Under the pieces are notes generated by a model, which searched no databases, was not told where the DNA came from, and saw nothing but the letters and a program-made list of their open reading frames with translations. From the NCBI GenBank assembly GCA_035248685.1, contig DATFHF010000014.1, positions 133 through 64,132 of the forward strand: a stretch of DNA of 64,000 nucleotides, read 5' to 3'. The position numbers were made by a program, and so were the translations under genes. This DNA comes from Jatrophihabitans sp. Lineage in GTDB: Bacteria; Actinomycetota; Actinomycetes; Mycobacteriales; Jatrophihabitantaceae. This document shows positions 25,859 through 36,403 of this stretch, piece after piece. The first letter of the stretch is position 1. Each line of letters opens with the position of its first letter.

Positions 25859-28800
25859 GTGGCAGACAACGTGACCGCGCAGTCCTCGAGCGGCAGTGAA
25901 TCGTCCGCAGCCCGACCGGATTTCGGGGCCAACGAGTGGCTCGTCGAGGAGATGTACGAGCGGTACCTCGCCGACCCGAACGCGGTGGACGCAGCCTGGC
26001 ACGACTTCTTCGCCGACTACCGCCCCTCGATCAGCCCGGCCACCAGCGCGCCGCCCCGGGCCGCCAGCGAGGAGCCGCCGGTCGAGCCGGCCACCGAACT
26101 GCGGACATCGGCCGGCCAGTCGGAAGAGCGGCCACCTGAGCGCACCGCGGCACACCGCCAGCCCGAGCCGGAACCACCGGCGACCAGCAATGGCCGCGCT
26201 GCCGGCGTCGCACCGGCCACCGACCGGCCGACCGAACCGGTACCGACCACCCAACCGGCTCCGGCTCCGGCGAAGCCGACCGAGCCCGCCAACCGGCCCG
26301 CCTGGACCAGCCCGTCGGTAGCCCCGACCGCGACCGACGAGACCGCGCTGACCGTCCTGCGTGGCGCACCGGCCAAGGTGGTCACCAACATGCAGGCCTC
26401 GTTGGAGATCCCGACCGCCACCAGCGTGCGGGCGGTGCCGGCCAAGCTGATCGCCGACAACCGGATCATCATCAACAACCACCTGCGTCGGGCGCGCGGC
26501 GGCAAGGTCAGCTTCACCCACATCATCGGCTACGCCGTGGTGCGGGCACTGCACGACTTCCCGGAGATGAACAACTCCTTCGCGCTCACCGCCGAGGGCA
26601 AGCCGGCCGTGGTGCGACCCGAGCACGTCAACTTCGGCCTGGCCATCGACCTGCCCGGCAAGGACGGTGGCCGCGCGCTGGTGGTGGCCGCCATCAAGAC
26701 CGCCGAGCAGATGGATTTCGCCACCTTCTGGGGCGCCTACGAGGACATCATCCGGCGGGCCAGGGCGGGCAAGCTCACCACCGACGACTTCGTCGGATCC
26801 ACCATCAGCCTGACCAATCCCGGCACCATCGGCACCAACCACTCGGTGCCGCGGCTGATGCAGGGCCAGGGCACCATCATCGGCGTCGGAGCGATGGAGT
26901 ACCCGGCCGAGTTCAGCGGCATGCATCCCGACGCGCTGGCCGACATGGGCATCTCGCGGACCATGACGCTGACTTCGACCTACGACCACCGGATCATCCA
27001 GGGCGCGCAGTCCGGGGAGTTCCTGCGCCGAATCCACCAGCTACTGCTCGGTGAAGACCACTTCTACTACGACATTTTCCGCTCGCTGCGGATCCCGTAC
27101 GAGCCGGCGATCTGGTTGACCGACCGGGAGTTCAGCCACGAGGGCCAGATCGACAAGGCCGCTCGGGTGATCGAGCTGATCAACGCCTACCGCACGTCCG
27201 GCCACCTGATGGCCGACACCGATCCGCTGGAGTTCAAGATCCGCACCCACCCGGATCTCGACATCACCAAGCACGGGTTGACGCTGTGGGATCTGGACCG
27301 CGAGTTTCCGGTGGGCGGCTTCGCCGGCAACAAGCTGATGAAGCTGCGCGACATCCTGGGCGTGCTGCGCGATGCCTACTGCCGCCGGGTCGGTGTGGAG
27401 TACATGCACATCATCGATCCGGAAGAGCGCGCCTGGATCCAGCAGAACATCGAGGTGAAGAACGACGCGCCGACCCGCGAGGAGCAGAAGCACATCCTGT
27501 CCCGGCTGAACGTGGCCGAGGCGTTCGAGACGTTCCTTCAGACCAAGTACGTCGGGCAGAAGCGGTTCAGCCTGGAAGGCGCCGAGACGGTGATCGCGCT
27601 GCTGGACGCGGTGCTGGACGCCTCAGCCGCAGCCGGGCTGGACGAGGTGGTCATCGGAATGCCGCACCGGGGACGGCTGAACGTGCTGGCCAACATCGTC
27701 GGCAAGCCGTACGCCAAGATCTTCAACGAGTTCGAGGGCAACATCGACCCCGGTACCGCCCAGGGCTCCGGTGACGTGAAGTACCACCTGGGCGCGCACG
27801 GCACGTACCGCAACCCGGCCGGCGACACCATCGCCGTCGAGCTCACCGCGAACCCGTCCCACCTGGAAGCAGTCAACCCGGTGCTGGAAGGAATCGTGCG
27901 TGCCAAGCAGGACATTCTCGATAAGGGCGAGGACGGTTTTACCGTGCTGCCGCTGCTGCTGCACGGTGACGCGGCCTTCGCCGGGCAGGGCGTGGTGGCC
28001 GAGACGCTGAACCTGTCGCAGCTGCGCGGCTACCGCACCGGCGGCACCGTGCACGTGGTGGTGAACAACCAGGTCGGCTTCACCACCTCGCCGGCGCAGT
28101 CTCGATCGAGCTTGTATTGCACCGATATCGCGCGGATGATCTCGGCGCCGATCTTCCACGTCAACGGTGACGACCCGGAGGCCTGCGTGCGGGTCGCCAG
28201 GCTCGCGGTCGAGTATCGCCTGCAATTCAAGAAGGATGTCGTCATCGACATGGTCTGCTACCGGCGGCGTGGGCACAACGAGGCGGACAACCCCTCGTTC
28301 ACCCAGCCGTTGATGTACGACATCATCGACAACAAGCGCAGCGTGCGAAAGCTGTACACCGAGGCGCTGATCGGTCGCGGTGACATCACCATGGCCGACG
28401 CCGAGGAAGCGTTGAAGGACTTCCAGGCCCAGTTGGAGAAGGTCTTCGTCGAGACCAGGGACGCGTCCAACAAGCCGCGGCGCGAACCGGTGATGGAAAG
28501 CGGTTCGGACGTGCCCGCGCCTTCGACGGCGATACCGGCCGAGGTCATCAAGACCATCGGCGAGCTGTACGCCAACCACCCGGCCGGCTTCGCCATCCAC
28601 CCCAGGCTGAAGCCGCAGATCGATCGGCGGGTCGCCCAGACCAGCGCCGGGGACGTCGACTGGGCCACCGCGGAGCTGCTCGCCTTCGGCTCGCTCACCC
28701 TGGACGGTCGGCCGGTCCGGTTGGCTGGGCAGGACTCCCGCCGAGGCACCTTCACCCAACGGCACGCGGTGCTGATCGACCGCAACACCGGCGAGGAATA

Positions 28801-29683
28801 CACGCCGCTGCGGCACATTCCGGGCGCCAAGGCACCGTTCCGCGCCTATGACTCGCTGCTGTCGGAGTATGCAGCGATGGGCTTCGAGTACGGCTACTCG
28901 GTGGCCAACTCCGAGGCGTTGGTGGTGTGGGAGGCGCAGTTCGGTGACTTCGCCGACGGGGCGCAGACCATCATCGACGAGTTCATCGCCTCCGGTGAGG
29001 CCAAGTGGGGTCAGCGCTCGTCGGTGACGCTGCTGCTGCCGCACGGCTATGAAGGACAGGGCCCGGACCACTCGTCCGGACGGCCGGAGCGCTTCCTTCA
29101 GTTGGCCGCGGAGAACAACATGACGGTGGCCATTTGCTCTTCGCCGGCCAACTACTTCCACCTGTTGCGCCGGCAGGCGCTCAGCGGCCTGCACCGGCCA
29201 CTGATCGCCTTCACTCCCAAGTCGTTGCTGCGGCTCAAGGCCGCGGTCAGCCAGTTGGAGGAGTTCACCAGCGGGTCGTTCCGTCCGGTGATCGGCGACA
29301 GTGCGGCCGATCCGGCCAAGGTGGGCCGCGTGATCCTATGCAGCGGCAAGATCTACTACGACCTGTTCGCCGCCCGGGCCGCCGCCGAGCGCGACGACGT
29401 AGCGATCGTCCGAGTCGAGCAGCTCTACCCGCTGCCCGGTGACGAGATCGCCGCCGAGCTGGCCAAGTACCCGCAAGCGCAACTGATCTGGGCGCAGGAG
29501 GAGCCTGCCAACCAGGGCGGTTACCCGTTCATGGCGCTGAACCTGCCGGAACGGCTGGCCGAGCACGGTGACACCAGGCTGCTGTACCGGGCATCGCGGA
29601 AGGCCTCGGCCTCCCCCGCCGTCGGGTCGGCCAGCGTGCACGAGGACCAACAGCGCGAAGTCATCGCCACCGCGTTGGGATAG
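25859..29683 (+). CDS. kgd: multifunctional 2-oxoglutarate decarboxylase/dehydrogenase E1 (Kgd/SucA/OdhA type)
   Basis: [31 protein letters not shown]-terminus, an E2-like acyltransferase segment (DHRIIQG), then E1o ThDP domains ([38 protein letters not shown]-like). The start is GTG 25859 or 25871; the ORF opens at 25808. Confidence 0.95.
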   Translation: MADNVTAQSSSGSESSAARPDFGANEWLVEEMYERYLADPNAVDAAWHDFFADYRPSISPATSAPPRAASEEPPVEPATELRTSAGQSEERPPERTAAHRQPEPEPPATSNGRAAGVAPATDRPTEPVPTTQPAPAPAKPTEPANRPAWTSPSVAPTATDETALTVLRGAPAKVVTNMQASLEIPTATSVRAVPAKLIADNRIIINNHLRRARGGKVSFTHIIGYAVVRALHDFPEMNNSFALTAEGKPAVVRPEHVNFGLAIDLPGKDGGRALVVAAIKTAEQMDFATFWGAYEDIIRRARAGKLTTDDFVGSTISLTNPGTIGTNHSVPRLMQGQGTIIGVGAMEYPAEFSGMHPDALADMGISRTMTLTSTYDHRIIQGAQSGEFLRRIHQLLLGEDHFYYDIFRSLRIPYEPAIWLTDREFSHEGQIDKAARVIELINAYRTSGHLMADTDPLEFKIRTHPDLDITKHGLTLWDLDREFPVGGFAGNKLMKLRDILGVLRDAYCRRVGVEYMHIIDPEERAWIQQNIEVKNDAPTREEQKHILSRLNVAEAFETFLQTKYVGQKRFSLEGAETVIALLDAVLDASAAAGLDEVVIGMPHRGRLNVLANIVGKPYAKIFNEFEGNIDPGTAQGSGDVKYHLGAHGTYRNPAGDTIAVELTANPSHLEAVNPVLEGIVRAKQDILDKGEDGFTVLPLLLHGDAAFAGQGVVAETLNLSQLRGYRTGGTVHVVVNNQVGFTTSPAQSRSSLYCTDIARMISAPIFHVNGDDPEACVRVARLAVEYRLQFKKDVVIDMVCYRRRGHNEADNPSFTQPLMYDIIDNKRSVRKLYTEALIGRGDITMADAEEALKDFQAQLEKVFVETRDASNKPRREPVMESGSDVPAPSTAIPAEVIKTIGELYANHPAGFAIHPRLKPQIDRRVAQTSAGDVDWATAELLAFGSLTLDGRPVRLAGQDSRRGTFTQRHAVLIDRNTGEEYTPLRHIPGAKAPFRAYDSLLSEYAAMGFEYGYSVANSEALVVWEAQFGDFADGAQTIIDEFIASGEAKWGQRSSVTLLLPHGYEGQGPDHSSGRPERFLQLAAENNMTVAICSSPANYFHLLRRQALSGLHRPLIAFTPKSLLRLKAAVSQLEEFTSGSFRPVIGDSAADPAKVGRVILCSGKIYYDLFAARAAAERDDVAIVRVEQLYPLPGDEIAAELAKYPQAQLIWAQEEPANQGGYPFMALNLPERLAEHGDTRLLYRASRKASASPAVGSASVHEDQQREVIATALG

Positions 29684-30090
29684 CGGCCGGTCGCCGGCGC
29701 GGGCAGATCGCCGATCGGTGCGGGTGAGTCAAGACTCGATGATTTCGCTCGAAGACTGATATGCGCGGGTTCGACGAGAAAGCGCGCGATCGCCGTTCGA
29801 CCGTTTGATTCCCGAAGAACCAGGAGCGTTCTACCTACGGGCCGAGGTCAGGGAGTAGCCGCGCCACGTCGCCCCACCGTCGGCCGCCGTGGTGTCGTCC
29901 GTATCTCGTGCTCAGCCGCGAGCTGCTCCCGCCGCCGGATCGCCTTAGTGCACCTGGTGCTTAGTCCAAGCCTCGGTGTGACGTACCGATCGCGGTCTAA
30001 ACCTTGTGTCCTGGCCGCGGTCGGCTCTCAGGCCCGGCTTCCACATCTCCATCTAGAACGTCTCTAGCCTGGGCTGGAGCGCCCGAGCAT

Positions 30091-31140
30091 CTACAGCGAT
30101 TTCGCGCGTTCGCGGATACGTAGCACATCCGCGACCACAAGGTACGTCTGCACAACACAGGTGTCGACTTCGTACGTGGTGACATCGGCGTGCACGCCCT
30201 TGCTCGCGAGTTCGTTGAGCGTGTTAAGCCGGGCATCGACGTCCTGGAGGGTCGCCTGAACCACGGCGCCGTTCTCATGCTTGCCCACGGTCTCGACCAC
30301 GTACTGCAAGAGTCGGTTCACGAAGGCCGCGTCGTTCAAGAGGTGTGGCTTACCGTCCGAACCCACGACTGGCTCCGATCGAGCCGGGTAGAGCTGGTCG
30401 GCGAGCGTCTTCAGCACGCGACGGCACGAGGTAAGCGCGTGCGCACGGTCCTCGGTCCCGCCATCCTTAAGTCGGCGATAGGCCACCTGGAACTGCTCTA
30501 GCGCGGGCGGCGAAATTGTCATGAGCTGCCCGTCGACATAGGTGCGCAGCCGATCGAACACCTCCGCCGTTGCCTCGCCAAAGGTCAATTCGTGCTCGGT
30601 CTCGGTGAGGAACTCCCAGAGCCGGTCCTTGATACGCGCGAGAACGTTGTCCAGCGGGATGCGCGTAGCCAGGAGAGTCGTGCGCAGCTTCTGCTGATCG
30701 GCCACGTGCTTGCCTAAGTCGTAGGTGTGCATGCCTGGCGGAGGCGGTACGAGCGCGGCAGCCTCCTGCTCGCGCAGCATCTCCACGGTCTCCTCGATCT
30801 GCTGGACGCTGCTGAGGTTCGCCTCCTCCTTCTCAGGCCGGAGTCGGCGACGCGTGATGTAATCGCGGTACTCCGCTAACCACTTTTCGGTCGCCTCTGC
30901 CCCAGGGATCGTTTTGAGTAGACGCGCAGCAAGAGGCTCTCGTTGCGCGTCAGACTTGTTCTCGAACTGATTCCGGACGTCGGTTGCCTCGAGCCCAAGC
31001 CACGCAAGGGCAACGCCATCGCCGCGGAGGGATGCGATCCGCTGACAGCGCCGGACCAGGGCGGCTACCGTAATCTCGGGCGCATCGAACTGGTCCATCG
31101 CCTCCTGGACGAGGACTGAGGCGCGGTCGAGATCTGGCAC
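30091..31140 (-). CDS. Abi-like protein (AbiTii-like N-terminus, Abi_C/HEPN-like C-terminus); candidate abortive-infection/defence protein
   Basis: 349 aa. The N-terminus ASVLVQEAMDQFDAPEITVAALVRRCQRIASLRGD..LAWLGLE resembles the AbiTii N-terminal helix pattern. The C-terminus RAHALTSCRRVLKTLADQLYP .. LNELASKGVHADVT .. VVQTYLVVADVL resembles Abi_C. Both calls are from memory only. Confidence 0.55.
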   Translation of the reverse strand: MPDLDRASVLVQEAMDQFDAPEITVAALVRRCQRIASLRGDGVALAWLGLEATDVRNQFENKSDAQREPLAARLLKTIPGAEATEKWLAEYRDYITRRRLRPEKEEANLSSVQQIEETVEMLREQEAAALVPPPPGMHTYDLGKHVADQQKLRTTLLATRIPLDNVLARIKDRLWEFLTETEHELTFGEATAEVFDRLRTYVDGQLMTISPPALEQFQVAYRRLKDGGTEDRAHALTSCRRVLKTLADQLYPARSEPVVGSDGKPHLLNDAAFVNRLLQYVVETVGKHENGAVVQATLQDVDARLNTLNELASKGVHADVTTYEVDTCVVQTYLVVADVLRIRERAKSL

Positions 31141-31271
31141 AACTCAAGCTTATCGGCTGACGACGACACGGTTGGTGAACACTTCGGCCTCGGATCAATC
31201 CATATCCGTTGCGGGGAGTAGGGGCCGGCCAGATTGACGGTGCGGTGTGCTTCGGGGGCGCGCCTCCGCCA

Positions 31272-32192
31272 TCAGCGGCCGTTGCGTCCGAGTCGATCAG
31301 ATGGGCCTGGAGTTGGACGCTCAAGGTATGCAGCCACGTCGGCATCGCTCGCACGGTCGGACCATCGGGCGAACATCTGTTCCGATTGCCAGCCGCAGCC
31401 GCCACAGATTGTTGTTTCCAAGAAACCTGATTCTGGCTCCTCAACCACCTCGACGTCTTCGTCGAGTCGATATGAGCTGCAGCGAGGGCACCGCTCGGGA
31501 TCGCCGTACTCCCGTCGATGAAGCAACCGTCCGAAGGTGGTGAGGAGATTCCCTGTTGCTTCCAGCACCAACTCAGCGTCGTCGGGGGTTGCATCGTTGT
31601 TGTGTTGTAGCCATACGGCGAGGTCCCAGACCTTGTCCACGAGTGTTTTAACGTAGGACCGGACGCGCCCCTCTGTAAGACGTTCAGCAAATATCTCCGC
31701 CCATCCCTTGAAGTCCGAGGTCTTCGGCCGTTCGGCAACCTCGCCGACCCATTCGTCGTTAAGGTGGTCCCTTACGAATGCGAGCAGCGAGTCGCGACAT
31801 TTGATTCCAATGGCCTGGAAATCCTCGGCTTCACCGGCGATGTCCATGGCATCAAGGGCCTGGCGATACCTTCGCCATGACCCAGAGAGCACCTCCTCGT
31901 GCGACTCATCAAGCTCACCTCGACTTCGTTGAGCCAGGAACAGCCCCAAGCCGAGATGGAAGATCAGCGCCTGTTGGACGTCAGGGAAATCGCTCTGCAG
32001 ATACAGATTCGTCGGGTCCGTGATGACCCACCAGCGCGTCTTGTCACAGTGCACGTCATACATTTCGTGGACGTGGCCCATGATGCGGTGGGACCCGACC
32101 TTCTGAACCAGACCGGCCTGATCGTCGGCGGGCGACTGAGAGTTGACATAGTCACGGATACGCCGCTCTTCATGCTCCGGGAGTTCAACCAT
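31272..32192 (-). CDS. hypothetical protein with C-terminal zinc ribbon
   Basis: 306-aa ORF. CPRCSS..(27 aa)..CGGCGW forms a 4-Cys ribbon. I do not recognise the N-terminal part (RWWVITDPTNLYLQSDFP). It lies 131 nt upstream of, and co-oriented with, the Abi-like gene. Confidence 0.6.
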   Translation of the reverse strand: MVELPEHEERRIRDYVNSQSPADDQAGLVQKVGSHRIMGHVHEMYDVHCDKTRWWVITDPTNLYLQSDFPDVQQALIFHLGLGLFLAQRSRGELDESHEEVLSGSWRRYRQALDAMDIAGEAEDFQAIGIKCRDSLLAFVRDHLNDEWVGEVAERPKTSDFKGWAEIFAERLTEGRVRSYVKTLVDKVWDLAVWLQHNNDATPDDAELVLEATGNLLTTFGRLLHRREYGDPERCPRCSSYRLDEDVEVVEEPESGFLETTICGGCGWQSEQMFARWSDRASDADVAAYLERPTPGPSDRLGRNGR

Positions 32193-32324
32193 CGTTCTCC
32201 TTGCGGTAGTCGCTTGCCTGACGACAGTAGGCGCCTAACCGGAGCAACTGATAAACGACACGACTCAGCCGCATCGCACATCGCTGTCACAACGCTGGTG
32301 GGCATCGTGGCCTAACCTCGGGCT

Positions 32325-33060
32325 GTGATGACCGTCGGAATCGATCTTTCGGCTGAGCCAGGTAAGACCGTGGCCGCCGTCGTGACTTGGAGCGCGGCGG
32401 GCGCGGCCATCAGCAAGCTTTCGCCGTCCGCAACTGACGCCGCGATCGTCAAACTTGCAGCTAGCGCAACGAAGGTGGGCATTGATTGTCCGCTCGGCTG
32501 GCCCGTGGCGTTCACAGACTTCGTTACTCGCCACCAGCGAGGCGAGATCAGGGCGGGCGAGGGCCAAGATTTCCTCGCTCGGAGGCACTTGGCTTATCGC
32601 ACAACGGATCTCGCGGTTCACAAGAGAGGGGGGCCGCTACCGCTGAGCGTTGCAACAGATCGCATCGGTCGAGCTGCGATGCGGGCGGCCGGTCTCTTGG
32701 CCGCACTTGACGTCGGCGTTGGCACCGGCGACCGTACGGGCAGCGGTCGTGTTGTCGAGGTATACCCGGCTGCGGCGTTGGAGCGGTGGGGATATGAGCC
32801 GCGCAGGTACAAGGGCAAGGGCAACCTGGCGTCTCCTGAGACAGATGGCGTGCGAGTTCTTCGATGAGGCCGATTGGCTGTCGATGGACGCAGACTCACG
32901 CACTATCTGCACAACGTCTGATGACGCTTTCGACGCAGTGATCGCCGCACTCAATGTCGCGGCAGCCGTTCATATCGGGAATGGGTTATGCAGCCCGATG
33001 AGCAAGAGCGTGACGCCGCGCGAACTGAGGGCTGGATCGCTGTGCCGACATGTAGTCTCA
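32325..33060 (+). pseudogene. DUF429-like (predicted RNase-H-fold) gene disrupted by two compensating frameshifts
   Basis: Frame 0 (32325 to ~32830) reads VGIDLSAEPGKT..DCPLGWP..RTTD..EVYPAAALERWGY..YKGKGN. Frame +1 (~32830 to ~32985) carries ..TSDDAFDAVIAALNVAAAV... Frame 0 resumes with PDEQERDAARTEGWIAVP. All three pieces match the DUF429 pattern. Confidence 0.65.
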
Positions 33061-33194
33061 GAGACCTTGATCCGCGAACAGGAGGCATGCTCGGCAAGGT
33101 TCCCGCGCCTAGCGTTTCGTTTGGCGCGCGTGGTGACGCCGGCCAGCAAGTATACCGACGGATCTCTATCGAACCCACGTCTCATTTCCGTCGA

Positions 33195-33692
33195 TCAGCG
33201 ACCCTGGCTGTACTTGTTGGGTCGGGAGCCAGCCTGTGCGGGCGACCAGGTCTCGCGGGTGAGCTCGTACTCGACTTCGCCGAGCTCTTCAACGGGGATC
33301 GGGTCCGGATATGAACGCGCGAGCGAAGATGAGCCCGACGGACTGCATGGTTGCTCGTGAAGCGGCGTTGTCGGCCATGGCTTGCGCGAAGATCCGGGTC
33401 AGGCCAACTTCGGTAAACCCGTACCGCAGCAGTTCGCGGGCCCTCCGATGCGTAACCGCGGCGCCAGTGTCGCCGCAACAGTCGGTAGCCGAGGTCGGCC
33501 TCGCCGGCGACCTTGGTTGGTCTGGCCCGTTCGGCGGCTGCAGGCCCACCAACCGATGAAGACGACGTCGACGAATCCGGCCCAGAAACCGAGGCCGGCG
33601 ACCTGCCGCGCAACGGAAAGCCTACGCCGATGCGACCGCTCAACCTCGGCGCGTGACTGCGGCGCCTCGCTGGCCCGACAACCGGATAACAC
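33195..33692 (-). pseudogene. GNAT (RimJ/RimL-like) acetyltransferase with multiple frameshifts
   Basis: GNAT pieces are split over at least three reverse frames: GLGFWAGFVDVVFIGWW.., ..ADLGYRLLRRHWRRGYASEG.., ..ARELLRYGFTEVGLTRIFAQAMADNAASRATMQSVGL.., and ..VEELGEVEYELTRETWSP. Confidence 0.6.
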
Positions 33693-33698
33693 AGGCGG

Positions 33699-34556
33699 CT
33701 AGGGCGGCGCGATTTTGTCGGCGACGTCGGCGAGTTCCGGAAATTCAGCAGACTCCAGCACGCAGCGCGCGAACAACCAGACACGGAGGCGTCCGGCGTC
33801 GAGTTGGACGAGCTGGGCCATCTGCCGGATGAAGCCAAGCGGATCCGCGTGTAGGCGTTGATCGCAGTTGAGCATGTGTTGCAGCACATCGTAGGTCGGG
33901 TCTCCGATATAGGGCTTGGGGTCAATGACGAGCCAGGGTTCGCGTTCGGCGGCGAGGACGTTGCCGGCATGCAGGTCGGTACACAGCAGCACGTTTCGTT
34001 CAGCAGTGGTCGGAAGCAGCCGCCACAGCGCGATGCCTTCGCGCGCCAGGCCGGGATCGATCCGCCGATTGCCAGCTGCGAGCTTGGCTTCGAATCCATC
34101 GGCCCACTGCGCGCACATCTCGGACAGCGGCCGGAAGCCGTGACCGCCTGCCGGCTCGATCCATAGCCGCAGCAGCAAACCGGCGGTGACCGAATCCTGC
34201 TCGGCTTCCGGACGAAACGACAAGGCGGTGCCCGGGACACACCGCTCGAGCAGCAACGCGCTCGCACCGTCCAGGTGCTCCGCGGCGTGCAACGCGACTG
34301 TCCCCCGCCCACGCCACGTGGCAAGCCCAGCTGCCTCGTGCGCGGCCTCCGGATGCGGCCAGACGATCTTCAGCACCAACTCGGTCCCAGTACGATCACG
34401 CGCCGGGGCGACCCACGCGGTTTGCCCACCCGGCTGAAACGGTGCGCCGATCTCGAGTGACCACAACTGCTTCAGCTCGGCGACGTTGGCCGGCAGACTC
34501 GCCAACCACCCGGCCCGGCCCTCCCGCTTCGCGGCCTCCACGAGGTTCCGCGGCAT
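33699..34556 (-). CDS. aminoglycoside/streptomycin 6-phosphotransferase-like kinase (APH(6) family)
   Basis: Start at ATG 34556 (MPRNLVEAAKREGRAGWLASLP). VLKIVWPHPEAAHEAAGL, LLCTDLHAGNVLAAEREPWLVIDPKPYIGDPTYD (Brenner/APH motif HxxN..D), and the StrA/StrB-like layout. Confidence 0.75.
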   Translation of the reverse strand: MPRNLVEAAKREGRAGWLASLPANVAELKQLWSLEIGAPFQPGGQTAWVAPARDRTGTELVLKIVWPHPEAAHEAAGLATWRGRGTVALHAAEHLDGASALLLERCVPGTALSFRPEAEQDSVTAGLLLRLWIEPAGGHGFRPLSEMCAQWADGFEAKLAAGNRRIDPGLAREGIALWRLLPTTAERNVLLCTDLHAGNVLAAEREPWLVIDPKPYIGDPTYDVLQHMLNCDQRLHADPLGFIRQMAQLVQLDAGRLRVWLFARCVLESAEFPELADVADKIAPP

Positions 34557-34649
34557 CACCAGTCCGGCCACCCGTTCATCATCGCGCACCCCGACAGGCG
34601 CTCGGAATATGCCGTAGACCGCGCACTTTCGGCGGTTCATCATCGCACC

Positions 34650-35393
34650 ATGGCAGAAAGCCATTTTGACGACTGGGTGGCCGAGCGCTACGAGCAGCTG
34701 TGGCCGCATCTGTTCGCACCGGAGCTGGTCGGGCCGACGCTGGATTGCCTGTGTGAGCTCGCAATGGGTGGTGCCTGCTTGGAGTTCGGCATCGGGACGG
34801 GCCGGATCGGGATACCGCTCAGTCAGCGTGGTGTCGAGGTCCACGGCATCGAGTTGGCCGAGTCGATGATGCGGCGGCTGCGCGCGCAGCCCGGGGGTGA
34901 GAAACTGCCTGTAACCATTGGCGATTTTGCGACGACGTCAGTCGGCGGTGGGTTCAGCTTGGTCTATCTGCTGCGCAACACAATTACCAACCTGACCACG
35001 CAGGATGAGCAGGTTGCCTGTTTCCGCAACGCCGCGGCCCACCTAGCACCAGCTGGTCTTTTCTTGATCGAGAACTACATCCCGCAATTGCAGCGCCTTC
35101 CGCCTGGCGAGACGGTGCGGGTGTTCGCGGCAGAACCGGATCACCTGGCGTTCGAGGACTACGACCTCGCCGCTCAGATTGCGGTCTCGACCCACTACTG
35201 GGTTATTGATGGTGAACTTCGCAAGCTCTCGTCCCGACATCGTTACGTCTGGCCCCAAGAGCTTGATCTCATGGCGAAGTTCGCCGGGCTGACCCTTCGC
35301 CACCGGTGGGGCGACTGGCAGCGCAACACTTTCACCAGCGATAGTCCGAGCCACATCTCGGTATGGCGCAAACCATCCGAGTTGGACGAGTAA
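34650..35393 (+). CDS. class I SAM-dependent methyltransferase
   Basis: Motif I CLEFGIGTGRIGIPLSQRG, with a post-I acidic residue in HGIELAESM. 247 aa. Confidence 0.8.
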   Translation: MAESHFDDWVAERYEQLWPHLFAPELVGPTLDCLCELAMGGACLEFGIGTGRIGIPLSQRGVEVHGIELAESMMRRLRAQPGGEKLPVTIGDFATTSVGGGFSLVYLLRNTITNLTTQDEQVACFRNAAAHLAPAGLFLIENYIPQLQRLPPGETVRVFAAEPDHLAFEDYDLAAQIAVSTHYWVIDGELRKLSSRHRYVWPQELDLMAKFAGLTLRHRWGDWQRNTFTSDSPSHISVWRKPSELDE

Positions 35394-35495
35394 ATAGGTG
35401 ACGGTGCTTTGAGCTGTGATGTCGCATCCGCCAGCGGCCGTTCGTGGATGGTACGAGACCCGGCAGAAGGCTGGGCGGAAGGAGAGGACAAGAAC

Positions 35496-36326
35496 GTGAC
35501 AGCAACCGGCGAACCCAGACCGTTCCGATTTGGTGTCGTTACTCCGCTCACGACTGACCTGCCGACATGGCGAGACCGGGTCCGCCGTATCGCCGACAGC
35601 GGATACTCGACGCTCCTGATGCCCGACGTCCCGCGATGGCAGCCGGCGCCCGGCCCCATGCTCGCCGCCGCGGCGACGCTTACCAGCCTGCGGGTGGGCA
35701 CCTGGGTGTATGCCTCACCGCTGCGCGCGGCATGGCACACCGCGTGGGAAGCGCACTCACTGTCGGTGCTTTCTGACGGTCGCTTCGAGATGGGCATCGG
35801 CACCGGACGGCCAGGGATTGAGGACGAACTCGGCGAGCTGGGGTTGCCCGTGGTCCCACCGAGCGAACGGTTGGTCCAAGTGCGTGACGCTGTCACGGCA
35901 CTGCGAGGCCTAGACGGCCCAGACCTTCACACCCCGGTGGTGATGGCCGTACGTGGTCCAAAGGCCCTGGCGCTGGCGGCCGAGGTTGCGGATACCGTCA
36001 CCTTCGCCATGGCACCGAACGAGCCGCGAGCAAAACTGGTGCAACTGGCGCGCGACTTCCGCGCCCGCTGCGGCACCCGCGACGTCGAACTCGCGCTTCA
36101 TGTGCCGGTGATCGGCGACACTCGCGCTGCGTTCATGGCACCCCCCGACACCGACATTGCCGCGCTTCGCGCGGCGGGCTCGTTCGCCGTCCTTCCGAGT
36201 GACCCGGCCGCAGCAGCCGAGGAAATCCAGCGACGACGCGAGGAGGCCGGCTTCTCCTATTTCGTTTTCGGTGCCGACGTCGCAGACGCATTCGCACCCG
36301 TCGTGGCTGAGCTGACCGGACACTAG
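35496..36326 (+). CDS. LLM-class F420-dependent oxidoreductase-like protein
   Basis: FRFGVVTP..STLLMPD..FEMGIGTGRPG: luciferase-like monooxygenase pattern. Start at GTG 35496 after GGAAGGAGAGG; the ORF opens at 35409. Confidence 0.7.
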   Translation: MTATGEPRPFRFGVVTPLTTDLPTWRDRVRRIADSGYSTLLMPDVPRWQPAPGPMLAAAATLTSLRVGTWVYASPLRAAWHTAWEAHSLSVLSDGRFEMGIGTGRPGIEDELGELGLPVVPPSERLVQVRDAVTALRGLDGPDLHTPVVMAVRGPKALALAAEVADTVTFAMAPNEPRAKLVQLARDFRARCGTRDVELALHVPVIGDTRAAFMAPPDTDIAALRAAGSFAVLPSDPAAAAEEIQRRREEAGFSYFVFGADVADAFAPVVAELTGH

Positions 36327-36403
36327 GGCCGCCCGTGAACGGTACCAAGCACTCTGTGAACCACCTCGGTCTGAGGAGGTAGCATCCGGCTAGATTCCTT
36401 TGT

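Noticed and set aside
26030-26330. Pro/Ala/Thr/Glu-rich low-complexity stretch near the 5' end of kgd, considered as a repeat insertion.
   Set aside because: Actinobacterial Kgd/OdhA proteins typically carry a disordered Pro/Ala-rich linker after the N-terminal helix. There is no exact nucleotide tandem repeat here.
29684-30090. Non-coding stretch after kgd, searched for an integrase fragment, tRNA fragment or direct repeats marking an island boundary (for example GCGGGTTCGACGAG at ~29775).
   Set aside because: Only a 7-nt T-loop-like match with no complementary stem. Short reverse-frame peptides there have no recognisable family. I could not find a matching repeat at the other side of the patch.
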